The translations under genes were made by a program, and so were the position numbers. Under the pieces are notes generated by a model, which saw nothing but the letters and a program-made list of their open reading frames with translations, ran no database searches and was not told where the DNA came from. From Natronospirales bacterium (GTDB lineage: Bacteria > Pseudomonadota > Gammaproteobacteria > Natronospirales > REEB76), in contig JAJYUH010000003.1 in NCBI GenBank assembly GCA_021792635.1, positions 101,795 through 165,794 on the forward strand: a stretch of DNA of 64,000 nt, read 5' to 3'. Positions 35,403-46,871 of the stretch are shown here, piece by piece. The stretch's first letter is position 1. Every line of letters starts with the position of its first letter.

Positions 35403-37025
35403 ATGAACATGGATCCTGGCCAGGAATTTTTTCAAGCGCCGCCGGCACTCGGCAACCCCTACCGGGATGACGCGGTGCTGCGGGCCTGGCTCAAAGCCCG
35501 CCTGCCGGCGGAGGTGCTCCGGGACATCGAACCCGGCCTGGAACGCCTTGGAGAGCGGGCGGCCGGGGATATGCTAGCCATGGCGGCGGATGCGGAGGCC
35601 CATCCCCCGAGGCATGTGCCCTACGACCCCTGGGGCCGGCGGGTGGACCGCATCGAGACCGCCTGGGGCTGGCAGGCTCTGCACCGGGTGGCGGTGGAAG
35701 AGGGTATCGTGGCCACCGCCTATGAGCGCCGCCACGGACCCTGGTCCCGGCTGCACCAGTTGGTGCGACTCTACTTATATAACCCCTCTTCCGCCCTCTG
35801 TTCCTGCCCCCTCGCCATGACCGACGGCGCCGCACGGGTCATCGAGCTGCATGCCGAGCGGGATTTGAAGGAACGGCTCCTGCCCCACCTCTTGAGCCGC
35901 GATCCCGGGACCTTCTGGACCTCGGGCCAGTGGATGACGGAGCGCAGCGGCGGGTCCGACGTGAGCGGCACTGCCACGCTGGCACTCCTAGAGCACGGCC
36001 GCTACCGGCTTTATGGCACCAAGTGGTTCACTTCCGCCACCACCTGCGAGGTCGCGGTGACGCTGGCACGCGATGAGGCGGCGGATGCGGATGGCAAGCT
36101 GAGTGTGTTTTGCCTGGAGCTGCGCGATGCCCAGGGCAATCTCAACAACATCTTTGTGCACCGCCTGAAGGACAAGCTGGGGACCAAGGCCTTGCCCACC
36201 GCCGAGCTGACGCTCAAGGGTACCCCGGCGGTGCGCATCGGCGAGCCGGGCCGCGGCGTCAAGACCATCGCCACGGTGCTCAACATCACGCGCTTCTACA
36301 ATTCCGTGGCTGCCGTGAGTTTCATGCGCCGCGGCATCGCCCTCGCCGACGATTACGCGCATCGCCGTCAGGCCTTCGGCAAATTGCTTATCGAGCACCC
36401 TCTGCATCGCGAAACCCTGGCGGACATGCAGGCGGAATTCACCGGCGCCCTCCATCTGGTGCTCCATCTCGGTGTACTGCTGGGCCGCGAGGAAACCGGC
36501 GCGGCCGGCGAGAATGACAAGGCACTGCTGCGGTTGCTTACGCCGCTAGCCAAGCTGTATACGGGCAAGCAAGCCATCGCGGTGGCGAGCGAAGCACTGG
36601 AATGTTTCGGCGGCCAGGGGTATATCGAAGACACCGGTCTGCCGTCACTGCTGCGCGACTGTCAGGTGCTGTCCATCTGGGAAGGTACCACCAATGTGCT
36701 CAGCCTGGATGTGTTGCGCGTCATCGAGCAAGCCGGGGGGCTGGAGCCGGTTACCGGCGACATCACGCGTCGTCTGGAAATCCTGCTGCGTCCTGAGCTT
36801 GCCGTACTGCGCGTCAGCATCCAGCGCGCCATGAAGGACATCACCGCCTGGTTGCAGACGGCGCAGAAATCCCATCGCGAGATTCTGGAAAGCGGCGCAC
36901 GGCGTTTCGCTTTCAGTCTCGCGCGCACCTATACCGCTGCATTGCTGGCGGAAGCCGCTCACAGCGGTTATGTCGGCAGCGATATCCTGCAGCGTTGGTG
37001 CCGTCAGCCGCTGACGCTGCTGTAG
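35403..37025 (+). CDS. Acyl-CoA dehydrogenase family protein (AidB-like)
   Basis: ~540 aa counted from ATG 35403. Contains GQWMTERSGGSDV, YGTKWFTSA and ECFGGQGYIEDTGLPSLLRDCQVLSIWEGTTNV. Confidence 0.85.
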   Translation: MNMDPGQEFFQAPPALGNPYRDDAVLRAWLKARLPAEVLRDIEPGLERLGERAAGDMLAMAADAEAHPPRHVPYDPWGRRVDRIETAWGWQALHRVAVEEGIVATAYERRHGPWSRLHQLVRLYLYNPSSALCSCPLAMTDGAARVIELHAERDLKERLLPHLLSRDPGTFWTSGQWMTERSGGSDVSGTATLALLEHGRYRLYGTKWFTSATTCEVAVTLARDEAADADGKLSVFCLELRDAQGNLNNIFVHRLKDKLGTKALPTAELTLKGTPAVRIGEPGRGVKTIATVLNITRFYNSVAAVSFMRRGIALADDYAHRRQAFGKLLIEHPLHRETLADMQAEFTGALHLVLHLGVLLGREETGAAGENDKALLRLLTPLAKLYTGKQAIAVASEALECFGGQGYIEDTGLPSLLRDCQVLSIWEGTTNVLSLDVLRVIEQAGGLEPVTGDITRRLEILLRPELAVLRVSIQRAMKDITAWLQTAQKSHREILESGARRFAFSLARTYTAALLAEAAHSGYVGSDILQRWCRQPLTLL

Positions 37026-37100
37026 CCATGCACGCAGTCCGCCGGGCGCTACAGCAGCGGGCGTTCTGCTGTGCGCGCGAAAGTGTGACAGCATTGTGCG

Positions 37101-37463
37101 GTGTTGCTCCGGCGGGCAATGCCGCTGGCGGCGCGCATGCAGCGGTGCAAACACGCCTTCCAGCCGGCCATGCAGGCAGACGTCACCATCGGCTGCGGCA
37201 GTGACGCGGGTGTATTCACGCATGGCAGCAATTACCGTGAACTGGCATGGATGGTACATAACGGCATGACACCGCTGCAGGCGCTTACCGCCGCCACGGC
37301 CGTCAATGCCAAAGTGTTGCGCATGGAAAACGCGTTGGGGCAGGTGAAGGCGGGCATGCTTGCCGATCTCATTGCAGTGGCCGGAGACCCCACCCGGCAT
37401 ATCGAGGCGCTGGCGCAGGTGACTTTTGTGATGAAGCATGGCGTAATCTGCAAGCAACCCTGA
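37101..37463 (+). pseudogene. C-terminal remnant of a metal-dependent amidohydrolase
   Basis: Only the last ~100 aa of a normally ~400+ aa family are present ([70 protein letters not shown]...VMKHGVI). The preceding gene ends at 37025, leaving no room for the N-terminal barrel. Confidence 0.7.
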
Positions 37464-37585
37464 CAACTTATTCACCAGGGGTCCGGCACATTAGCGACAC
37501 AGCCAAGAACAAGACCGTCTCAGATGACGGTTGTTACCGGCGGCATCATCCTCCTTATGCACTGAGCCGGGATTATCTTCTGTGG

Positions 37586-38635
37586 GTGTTTGTCGCCGCG
37601 CTGCTGGTATTGAGCGCGCTGGCACCGCAGAAGATCCCCGCTTATCCGGGGCTGGTGCATTGGCCCACCATCGCCACCCTGCTGGGGCTGATGATTCTCA
37701 CCAAAGGTGTGGAACTCAGCGGCTGGTTGCACCGGATTGGCTACCGCATGATGGTGCGTATAGGCAATCAGCGTCTGCTGGCGTTGTTTCTGATGGGGGC
37801 GGCGGCATTGCTGGCGATGGTGCTGACCAACGATATCGCCCTGTTCATCGTGGTGCCATTGACGCTCGGCCTGGGTGAACTCGCGGAACTGCCACTGCGG
37901 CGCCTGGTGATTTTCGAGGCACTGGCCGTGAACGCCGGCTCCATGCTTACCCCCATCGGCAACCCGCAGAATATTTTTCTGTGGCAATTGTCTGGCAGCA
38001 GTTTCGGCGGTTTTATCCTGCACATGCTGCCGCCGTTCGTTATTGCGGTGCTGGCGCTGCTGCTCTTCACGCTGCGTGCCTTTCCTGCCCGCGGCATTCA
38101 TGTGAGTGAAGTCCGGCAGGCACCGGCCATCCACAAGCCGGTGCTGTTGGTATCTTTACTCCTATATATACCCTTCCTGGTACTGGCGGATCTGCGCTAT
38201 ACCGCCGTGGGGCTGATGCTGGTGGCAGTGGTATTTTTCATTGCATTCCCGCGCCTGCTGCGCCGGATTGACTGGTCGCTCCTGGTGGTATTCGTGCTGA
38301 TGTTCATTGACCTGGGCCTGCTGGCCCAGTACCGCGTGCTGACGTCGTTTGATCTGGCCCGTAGCAGCACGCTTTACCTGAGCGGAGCCCTGACTTCCCA
38401 GATCATCAGCAATGTGCCCACGGCCATTCTGCTGGCCAGGTATTCCAGTAACTGGACCGTCATCGCCTGGTCGGTGGATGTCGGCGGATTCGGGCTTGTC
38501 ATCGGTTCGCTGGCCAGCATCATTGCCCTGCGCATCGGCCGGCAACCCGGCAGCTTTGCCGCCTTTCATGTCTGGTCTGTGCCGTTTTTCATCGTGGTCG
38601 GGACGCTCACCTATATTTGGCTGTCTATCCGCTGA
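37586..38635 (+). CDS. YbiR-like anion permease (ArsB/NhaD superfamily)
   Basis: Colinear with E. coli YbiR as recalled (LTKGVELSG, TNDIALFIVVPLT, FEALAVNAGSMLTPIGNPQNI, ISNVP). The GTG start is doubtful. Homology continues upstream in frame (LSRDYLLWV) but no ATG/GTG/TTG is available there. Confidence 0.75.
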   Translation: MFVAALLVLSALAPQKIPAYPGLVHWPTIATLLGLMILTKGVELSGWLHRIGYRMMVRIGNQRLLALFLMGAAALLAMVLTNDIALFIVVPLTLGLGELAELPLRRLVIFEALAVNAGSMLTPIGNPQNIFLWQLSGSSFGGFILHMLPPFVIAVLALLLFTLRAFPARGIHVSEVRQAPAIHKPVLLVSLLLYIPFLVLADLRYTAVGLMLVAVVFFIAFPRLLRRIDWSLLVVFVLMFIDLGLLAQYRVLTSFDLARSSTLYLSGALTSQIISNVPTAILLARYSSNWTVIAWSVDVGGFGLVIGSLASIIALRIGRQPGSFAAFHVWSVPFFIVVGTLTYIWLSIR

Positions 38636-38676
38636 TTCCGCCTTTGGGTTGGCATCCCGCGGCCGGCTCGGGCAAA

Positions 38677-39828
38677 ATGCTGACCCCTGAATACGGTGCG
38701 CATATTGTGACTACCGCCATCCGTTCCTCCGCTCTTGTGGCCGGTGCGCGCCGTTTGGTGCCGCTGCCGGGTCCGTTCGCCATGCGTCACGGCGGCGTGC
38801 TGCGCGGCGCGCAGATCGCCTGTGAAACCTGGGGGCGGCTGGCGACCGATGGCGGCAACGTGTTGCTGCTGTTCACCGGTCTTTCGCCTTCCGCCCATGC
38901 CGCCGCCTCGCCCGCCGATCCCACGCCCGGCTGGTGGGAGGAGATGGTGGGTCCGGGCAAACCCCTGGACACACACCATTTTTATGTGGTGTGCGTGAAT
39001 TCGCTCGGCAGTTGTTTCGGCTCCACCGGGCCTGCGTCCATCAATCCCGACACGGGCAAGCCTTACGCACTCACGTTTCCGACGCTCACGGTGGAGGACA
39101 TCGCCGCCGCCGCGCGCGACGCGCTCAGCGTGCTTGGCGTGCATCACGTACGGGTCGCGATGGGAGCGTCGCTGGGCGGCATGAGTGCGCTCGCGTATGC
39201 GCTCATGTTTCCCGGTGAAGTGGAGGTGCTGGTGAGCATCTCCTCCGCCACTCATTCGGAGCCCTTCGCCATCGCCATGCGTTCGCTGCAGCGGGAACTT
39301 ATCCGTGCCGACCGCGCCTGGAAAGGCGGTAATTACAAACCCACTGATGGGCCGCGCGAGGGTATGCGTCTGGCGCGCAAGCTCGGCATGATGTCATACC
39401 GCTCGGCGCGCGAATGGACGGAGCGCTTCGGCCGTGAACGTGCCGGCGATTCCGCCGTACAGCCGTTCGCCGCTGAGTTCGAAGTGGAATCCTATCTGGA
39501 ATCCCGCGCCCGCGCCTTTGTCGGCGGTTTCGACGCGAACTCCTATCTATATCTCTCCCGTGCCATGGATCTGTTTGATGTGGCGGAGCATGGCGGCACC
39601 GTGGAAAAGGCTTTCAGTCGCCTGCAATTGAACAAGGCGCAGGTGGTGGGCGTGGAGACCGATATTCTCTTCCCCCTGCATCAGCAGCAGGCGCTGACGG
39701 ATGCACTGCGACATGCCGGGGTCGAGACCCGCCATGTGCCGCTGCCCTCGAAACAGGGTCATGACTCGTTCCTGGTGGACATGGACCGCTTCCGCCCCAC
39801 CATCGGCGATTTTCTCGCAGCGCTGTAA
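38677..39828 (+). CDS. metX: Homoserine O-acyltransferase, MetX family
   Basis: GGVLRGAQIACETWG, FYVVCVNSLGSCFGSTGP, nucleophile elbow GASLGGM, and GHDSFL near the C-terminus. Start trimmed to ATG 38677. Confidence 0.85.
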   Translation: MLTPEYGAHIVTTAIRSSALVAGARRLVPLPGPFAMRHGGVLRGAQIACETWGRLATDGGNVLLLFTGLSPSAHAAASPADPTPGWWEEMVGPGKPLDTHHFYVVCVNSLGSCFGSTGPASINPDTGKPYALTFPTLTVEDIAAAARDALSVLGVHHVRVAMGASLGGMSALAYALMFPGEVEVLVSISSATHSEPFAIAMRSLQRELIRADRAWKGGNYKPTDGPREGMRLARKLGMMSYRSAREWTERFGRERAGDSAVQPFAAEFEVESYLESRARAFVGGFDANSYLYLSRAMDLFDVAEHGGTVEKAFSRLQLNKAQVVGVETDILFPLHQQQALTDALRHAGVETRHVPLPSKQGHDSFLVDMDRFRPTIGDFLAAL

Positions 39829-39831
39829 CAA

Positions 39832-39868
39832 GGTGCTGAAAAAGCCCCGCAAGGACTTTTTCAGCACC
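39832..39868. terminator. Bidirectional hairpin between convergent metX and xseA
   Basis: Perfect 13-bp stem, ggtgctgaaaaag (39832-39844) / ctttttcagcacc (39856-39868), with A/T runs inside both arms. Confidence 0.7.
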
Positions 39869-39940
39869 CTGGTAAAAGACCGGCTGCCATGCCTGCGCAG
39901 GTTACCCTGGAAACGGAAATGCGCAGCCACCCCACAGCCT

Positions 39941-41323
39941 TCATTTTTTTCCCTCTCGGTTGATGGTTTCAATATTTGCTGAAAACCGCCCGTCTGCGAG
40001 ACGCGCCTGAACCTGTTGTCCGCGATGTGCGGCATGCACGGAGGCGATCACCCTGCCGCTGGCGGCATCCGTGATAATTGCATAGCCCCGCTGCAGCGTT
40101 GCCAGCGGACTTACCGTATTCAGGGCGCGTATTGCAAGGCCCAGGTCATGCTCCAGCCTTTTCAGGTATTGCCGCGCGGCAAATACCAGTCGCTGCCGCA
40201 GCGTCAGACAGTTATTCCCGAGCAGTGCAAGTTTCTGCGCGGGACTGTGCTGATGCAGGCGCGCGCGTAACCCCTCAAGGCGCGTGGTGCGTGTACGCAA
40301 ATCCGTGTGCAGCGATTGCCGTAGCCGTAGTTCCAGTTCATCCACGCGTTGGGCATGATCCCGCAGCAGCCGTGCCGGATGCAGATGTTCCAGGCGTTCA
40401 CCGCACCAGGCAAGGCGCTCGTGCAGCCCGGACAGCGTGCGTGCAATCACCCGTGTCAGGCGCCGGTGCGTGTCCTCCAGATTCCGCAGCCATGCCTCGC
40501 TGTCGGGGGTCACCAATTCAGCCGCACCGGTAGGTGTGGGAGCGCGGACATCGGCGACGAAATCCGCGATGGTGAAATCAATCTCATGACCCACGCCGCT
40601 GACCACGGGGATGTCACAGGCGTAGATGGCGTGGGCTACGATTTCCTCATTGAACGCCCACAAATCTTCCAGCGAACCGCCGCCGCGGGCCAGGATGAGT
40701 ACATCACAATCGGCGCGCGCCGCCGCGAGACGGATCATGGCGGCAATCTTTTCTGCCGAGCCTTCGCCCTGTACCGGCACCGGGTAAACGATGACCTCCA
40801 CCGCCGCGTGCCGGCGGCGGATCACGCTCAGGATATCGCGGATGGCGGCGCCGCTCGGCGAGGTGATCACACCGATACGGCGCGGCACCGCGGGCAATGG
40901 ATTCTTGCGGGCCGCGTCAAACAGCCCTTGTTTCGCCAGTTTCTGCTTGAGTTCCTCGAAGGCGCGTTGCAGTGCGCCGTAGCCCGCTTCCTCCATGTGC
41001 TCGACGATGAGCTGAAAATCGCCGCGCGCTTCGTAAAGACTTACACGGGCACGCAGCAGCACGTGCAGGCCATCCTGCGGTTTGAAGCGCAGCAGGGTGG
41101 CGCGGTTGCGGAACAGGGCGCAGCGCACCTGCGCGGCGGCGTCTTTCAGGGAAAAGTACAGGTGGCCGGACACCGGGCGCGACAGGTTGGAAATTTCGCC
41201 TTCCACCCAGATGAGCGGAAAGCCGCCCTCCAGCAGGGTGCGGGCCTTGCGGTTGAGCTGCGAAACCGAAAGCACCTGCCGCGCGGGCGATTCCAGGGCA
41301 AGGCTGTCCTGTGCTGAGGTCAT
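39941..41323 (-). CDS. xseA: Exodeoxyribonuclease VII large subunit
   Basis: 460 aa; LSVSQLNRKARTLLEGGFPLIWVEGEISNLSRPVSGHLYFSLKD...GRGGGSLEDLWAFNEE. Divergent from guaB, as in E. coli. Confidence 0.95.
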   Translation of the reverse strand: MTSAQDSLALESPARQVLSVSQLNRKARTLLEGGFPLIWVEGEISNLSRPVSGHLYFSLKDAAAQVRCALFRNRATLLRFKPQDGLHVLLRARVSLYEARGDFQLIVEHMEEAGYGALQRAFEELKQKLAKQGLFDAARKNPLPAVPRRIGVITSPSGAAIRDILSVIRRRHAAVEVIVYPVPVQGEGSAEKIAAMIRLAAARADCDVLILARGGGSLEDLWAFNEEIVAHAIYACDIPVVSGVGHEIDFTIADFVADVRAPTPTGAAELVTPDSEAWLRNLEDTHRRLTRVIARTLSGLHERLAWCGERLEHLHPARLLRDHAQRVDELELRLRQSLHTDLRTRTTRLEGLRARLHQHSPAQKLALLGNNCLTLRQRLVFAARQYLKRLEHDLGLAIRALNTVSPLATLQRGYAIITDAASGRVIASVHAAHRGQQVQARLADGRFSANIETINREGKK

Positions 41324-41419
41324 GCCACATGATAGCGGCGGGGGGCAGGCAGCGGTAGCCGCGGAATCGCACGACAGCCGCCGGCTCAGGTTTACCCGGG
41401 AGGAGTCAAAAGATTATAA

Positions 41420-42925
<1,506 letters not shown>

Positions 42926-42947
42926 CGGCACGTTTTCAGTCATGGCG

Positions 42948-43086
42948 GTGAGGAGTAGGGAGTGAGGAATAAGAAACCACCGGTATGCTGCGAATTGCCG
43001 GCCCGGGTGCATACGCGTGGTGCCCGGGGGACGGGTGGCAGGCCTGCATGAAGTCAGTGTCCACCCCTCACTCCTCACCCCTCACC
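42948..43086. repeat. Inverted heptamer-repeat arms in the guaB-guaA spacer
   Basis: gtgaggagtagggagtgagga (42948-42968) can pair with (cctcact)(cctcacc)(cctcacc) at 43066-43086. By hand this gives 21 positions with 2 mismatches and 1 G-T. The 3' arm ends 3 nt before the guaA ATG. Confidence 0.6.
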
Positions 43087-43089
43087 GGG

Positions 43090-44670
43090 ATGCAGCCGCG
43101 CAGCGACATCCACGCCCAGCGCATCCTGATTCTGGACTTCGGTTCCCAGTGGACACAACTCATTGCGCGGCGTGTGCGCGAAATCGGTGTGTTCTGCGAA
43201 ATCCGCTCGCCGGACACCGATGAGCAAACGCTGCGGGCGTGCGCAGCGCGCGGCGTGATTCTTTCCGGCGGCCCGGAATCGGTGGTGGGCAACGCCACAC
43301 CCAAGACACCGCGCGCAGTGTTCGAGCTGGGCGTGCCGGTGCTGGGCATCTGCTACGGCATGCATGACATGGCGGCGCAGCTCGGCGGCAGGGTGGAATC
43401 CGGCAAGCACCGCGAATTCGGCGTGGAACGCATGACGGTTACAGCGCCATCGCGTCTGCTGGATGGCATCGAGGATGACGTGGGCGATGACGGCCGGCCG
43501 CTGCTGGAAGTCATGATGAATCACGGGGATTCGGTGACGCAATTACCGGCAGGTTTTGTCCGCATCGGCGTATCAAAGGATGCCTCCTGCGCCGCCATGG
43601 CAGATGACGCGCGGCGCTTCTACGGCGTACAGTTCCATCCGGAAGTCACTCAGACGTGTCAGGGCGGGCGCATCCTTTCGCGTTTCGTGCTGGAGCTGTG
43701 CGGCTGCACGCCGCTGTGGAATCCATCCGGTATCATCGGGGATGCGATATGCGCCGTGCGCGAGAAAGTGGGTGCAGACAAGGTGTTACTGGGTCTTTCA
43801 GGCGGCGTGGATTCCTCCGTGGTGGCTGCGCTGCTGCACCGCGCCATTGGCGACCAGCTCAGTTGTGTATTCGTGGATACCGGCCTGCTGCGCCTGCACG
43901 AAGGCGATCAGGTCATGGCAACCTTCGCGGGCAATATGGGCGTGCGCGTCATCCGCGTGGATGCGGAGCAGCGTTTCCTCAAGGCGCTGGCGGGTGTCAG
44001 CGACCCTGAACAGAAACGCAGGACCATCGGCGGGCTTTTTATTGAGGTATTCGAGGAAGAAGCCGCCAAGCTCAAAGACGTACGCTGGCTCGCTCAGGGC
44101 ACTATTTATCCGGATGTGATTGAATCCGCCGCCGCCAGCGGCAAGGCTCACGTCATCAAGTCGCACCACAACGTGGGCGGCTTGCCGGGAAACATGCGGC
44201 TCAAGCTCATCGAGCCGCTGCGGGAGCTGTTCAAGGATGAAGTGCGCCGCATCGGCGTGGAACTCGGGCTGCCCCACAACATGGTGTATCGCCACCCGTT
44301 CCCGGGGCCGGGCCTGGGCGTACGCATCCTGGGGGAAGTGAAGAAGGAATACGCCGATCTGCTGCGCCACGTCGATGCCATATACATGGAGGAGCTGCAC
44401 CAGGCCGGCCTGTACGACCAGGTGAGTCAGGCATTCGCCGTGTTCCTGCCGGTACGCTCCGTGGGCGTGATGGGCGACGGCCGCCGTTATGATTATGTGG
44501 TGGCGCTGCGCGCCGTGGAAACGGTTGACTTCATGTCGGCCCGTTGGGTGCGACTGCCCTACGATTTCCTGGACCGGGTGTCGCGCCGCATCGTCAACGA
44601 GGTGGCCGGCATCTCGCGCGTGGTGTACGACGTTACCGGTAAACCCCCGGCGACGATAGAGTGGGAATAA
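43090..44670 (+). CDS. guaA: GMP synthase (glutamine-hydrolysing)
   Basis: Start trimmed to [24 protein letters not shown], which aligns with the E. coli GuaA N-terminus. The C-terminus ends ...[10 protein letters not shown]. Confidence 0.97.
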   Translation: MQPRSDIHAQRILILDFGSQWTQLIARRVREIGVFCEIRSPDTDEQTLRACAARGVILSGGPESVVGNATPKTPRAVFELGVPVLGICYGMHDMAAQLGGRVESGKHREFGVERMTVTAPSRLLDGIEDDVGDDGRPLLEVMMNHGDSVTQLPAGFVRIGVSKDASCAAMADDARRFYGVQFHPEVTQTCQGGRILSRFVLELCGCTPLWNPSGIIGDAICAVREKVGADKVLLGLSGGVDSSVVAALLHRAIGDQLSCVFVDTGLLRLHEGDQVMATFAGNMGVRVIRVDAEQRFLKALAGVSDPEQKRRTIGGLFIEVFEEEAAKLKDVRWLAQGTIYPDVIESAAASGKAHVIKSHHNVGGLPGNMRLKLIEPLRELFKDEVRRIGVELGLPHNMVYRHPFPGPGLGVRILGEVKKEYADLLRHVDAIYMEELHQAGLYDQVSQAFAVFLPVRSVGVMGDGRRYDYVVALRAVETVDFMSARWVRLPYDFLDRVSRRIVNEVAGISRVVYDVTGKPPATIEWE

Positions 44671-44732
44671 GAAAAAGTGCTGCGTGCCGGGTGCTGCGTG
44701 CTGCGTAAAAATCAAGATTATACTTTTTGATA

Positions 44733-45275
<543 letters not shown>

Positions 45276-45276
<1 letters not shown>

Positions 45277-45306
45277 AAATTGGAAAGGCCCCCGATGAGC
45301 CTTTCC
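45276..45306 (-). terminator. Intrinsic terminator downstream of tRNA-Ser
   Basis: Minus strand: ggaaaggc-tcatcgggg-gcctttcc (45282-45306), followed by AATTTT. Confidence 0.6.
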
Positions 45307-45314
45307 GGTTCAAA

Positions 45315-45405
45315 TGGCGGAGGGGGTGGGATTCGAACCCACGTGGGGCGTAAGCCCCCAACCGATTTCGAGTCGGTGCCGTTGTGACCGCTTCGGTACC
45401 CCTCC
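45315..45405 (-). tRNA. tRNA-Ser (anticodon CGA)
   Basis: 91 nt: GGAGGGG-TA-CCGA...ACCGA-CTCGAAA-TCGGT-long variable arm TGGGGGCTTACGCCCCAC-GTGGG-TTCGAAT-CCCAC-CCCCTCC-G-CCA. The cloverleaf was folded by hand; CCA is encoded. Confidence 0.9.
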
Positions 45406-45660
45406 AGCTAAATTTTACCTGCTCACGGAGCCATCCCTGGCGGGCTGACCAGCCTCGCCATCCCTGGCTCGGCGTTCAGCCGGATCGAGATGCCGCTGGC
45501 ATCTTGATGAAAGGCACCCGCTTCGGTACCCGTTCCGGGGGTGGGGATTTTACCCCAGAAACAGCTGCTTTCCCCAACGCGTCACCGCACCGGTTTCACA
45601 TGGAAGGCCCTGGTCTGCTCCGGTAGAATGATGCGGCCTACTTTGACGGATATTGGCATC

Positions 45661-46002
45661 ATGGCCGTACGCCACATCTATAAAGTGATTTTCCTGAACC
45701 AGGGCAAGATCTATGAGGTCTATGCCCGCAAGGTGAGTCAGGAGGGCTTCTGGGGTTTCATTGAAATCGAACAACTGGTGTTCGGCGAGCGTTCCCGCGT
45801 GGTGGTGGATCCGAGCGAGGAAAAGCTCAAGGATGAATTCTCCGGCGTGAAGCGCACCTATATTCCCATGCATGCGGTGGTGCGCATAGATGAGGTGGCT
45901 CACGAAGGTACCGCCAAGATCATCGCGCTGGAAGGTGGTTCCAATGTGACGCCTTTCCCCTTGCCGGTATATCCGCCGGGCAGCGGTGCGCACAAGAAAT
46001 GA
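45661..46002 (+). CDS. Conserved small protein (DUF1820-like as recalled)
   Basis: 113 aa counted from ATG 45661: MAVRHIYKVIFLNQGKIYEVYARKVSQEGFWGFIEIEQLVFGERSRVVVDPSEEKLKDEF... The family name is from memory only. Confidence 0.6.
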   Translation: MAVRHIYKVIFLNQGKIYEVYARKVSQEGFWGFIEIEQLVFGERSRVVVDPSEEKLKDEFSGVKRTYIPMHAVVRIDEVAHEGTAKIIALEGGSNVTPFPLPVYPPGSGAHKK

Positions 46003-46003
46003 G

Positions 46004-46804
46004 ATGTCCGCTCCGCAGCCCCGCATCGGAGCTTCGCTGACAGTGCGGTTTGCCTCACTCGGAAGCGGCAGCCGCGGCAACGCCACGCTGGTTCAGTCGG
46101 GTCGCACTTGTGTCATGGTGGATTGCGGCTTTTCTATCGCAGAAACGACGGTGCGTCTTGCCCGTCTCGGTATCACGCCGGAATACCTTGCCGCCGTGCT
46201 GGTCACCCATGAGCACGCGGACCATGTAAGCGGCGTGGCGCGATTCGCCGCACGCCACCGGCTTCCCGTGTGGTGCACGGCAGGCACCTTGGCGGCCGGT
46301 GACGGAACAGGTCTGGTCAGCGCCGGAACTCTTGATGCGCACGCGGATTTTATCCTGGGTGACCTGTGCATCACGCCGGTGACGGTACCTCATGACGCGC
46401 GTGAACCGGTCCAGTTTGTTTTTGCCGATGGCAGACACCGCTTCGGGATGCTCACGGATACCGGGAGCATTACCCCGCATATCCGGCGCTTGCTGGATGG
46501 CTGCGATGCACTCATGCTCGAATGCAATCATGACCGCGACATGCTGGAGAGCGGTCCGTATCCCGCCCCGCTCAAGGCGCGTGTGGGCGGAGCCTTGGGC
46601 CATCTCAGCAATGCTCAGGCAGCGACATTGCTGACGGATCTGGATTATGGGCGGTTGCAGCATCTGGTGGCGGCGCATTTGAGTGACACAAACAACACTC
46701 CGGTGCTGGCCTGTCAGGCATTGGCGCAGGCAACGGGCTGTGTACCCGCGTGGATACAGGTAGCTACACAGGGTGAGGGCTGCGGCTGGCGCGAACTTCA
46801 TTAA
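46004..46804 (+). CDS. MBL-fold metallo-hydrolase
   Basis: LGSGSRGNATLV...VMVDCG...VLVTHEHADHVSG contains the HxHxDH motif. Start trimmed to ATG 46004. Confidence 0.85.
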   Translation: MSAPQPRIGASLTVRFASLGSGSRGNATLVQSGRTCVMVDCGFSIAETTVRLARLGITPEYLAAVLVTHEHADHVSGVARFAARHRLPVWCTAGTLAAGDGTGLVSAGTLDAHADFILGDLCITPVTVPHDAREPVQFVFADGRHRFGMLTDTGSITPHIRRLLDGCDALMLECNHDRDMLESGPYPAPLKARVGGALGHLSNAQAATLLTDLDYGRLQHLVAAHLSDTNNTPVLACQALAQATGCVPAWIQVATQGEGCGWRELH

Positions 46805-46871
46805 ACCGCCGCTGGAGGATGGGGAGTCATTCCGGTAAAATATCCATTCGCCCCGCCCGCAAGGACCGATC

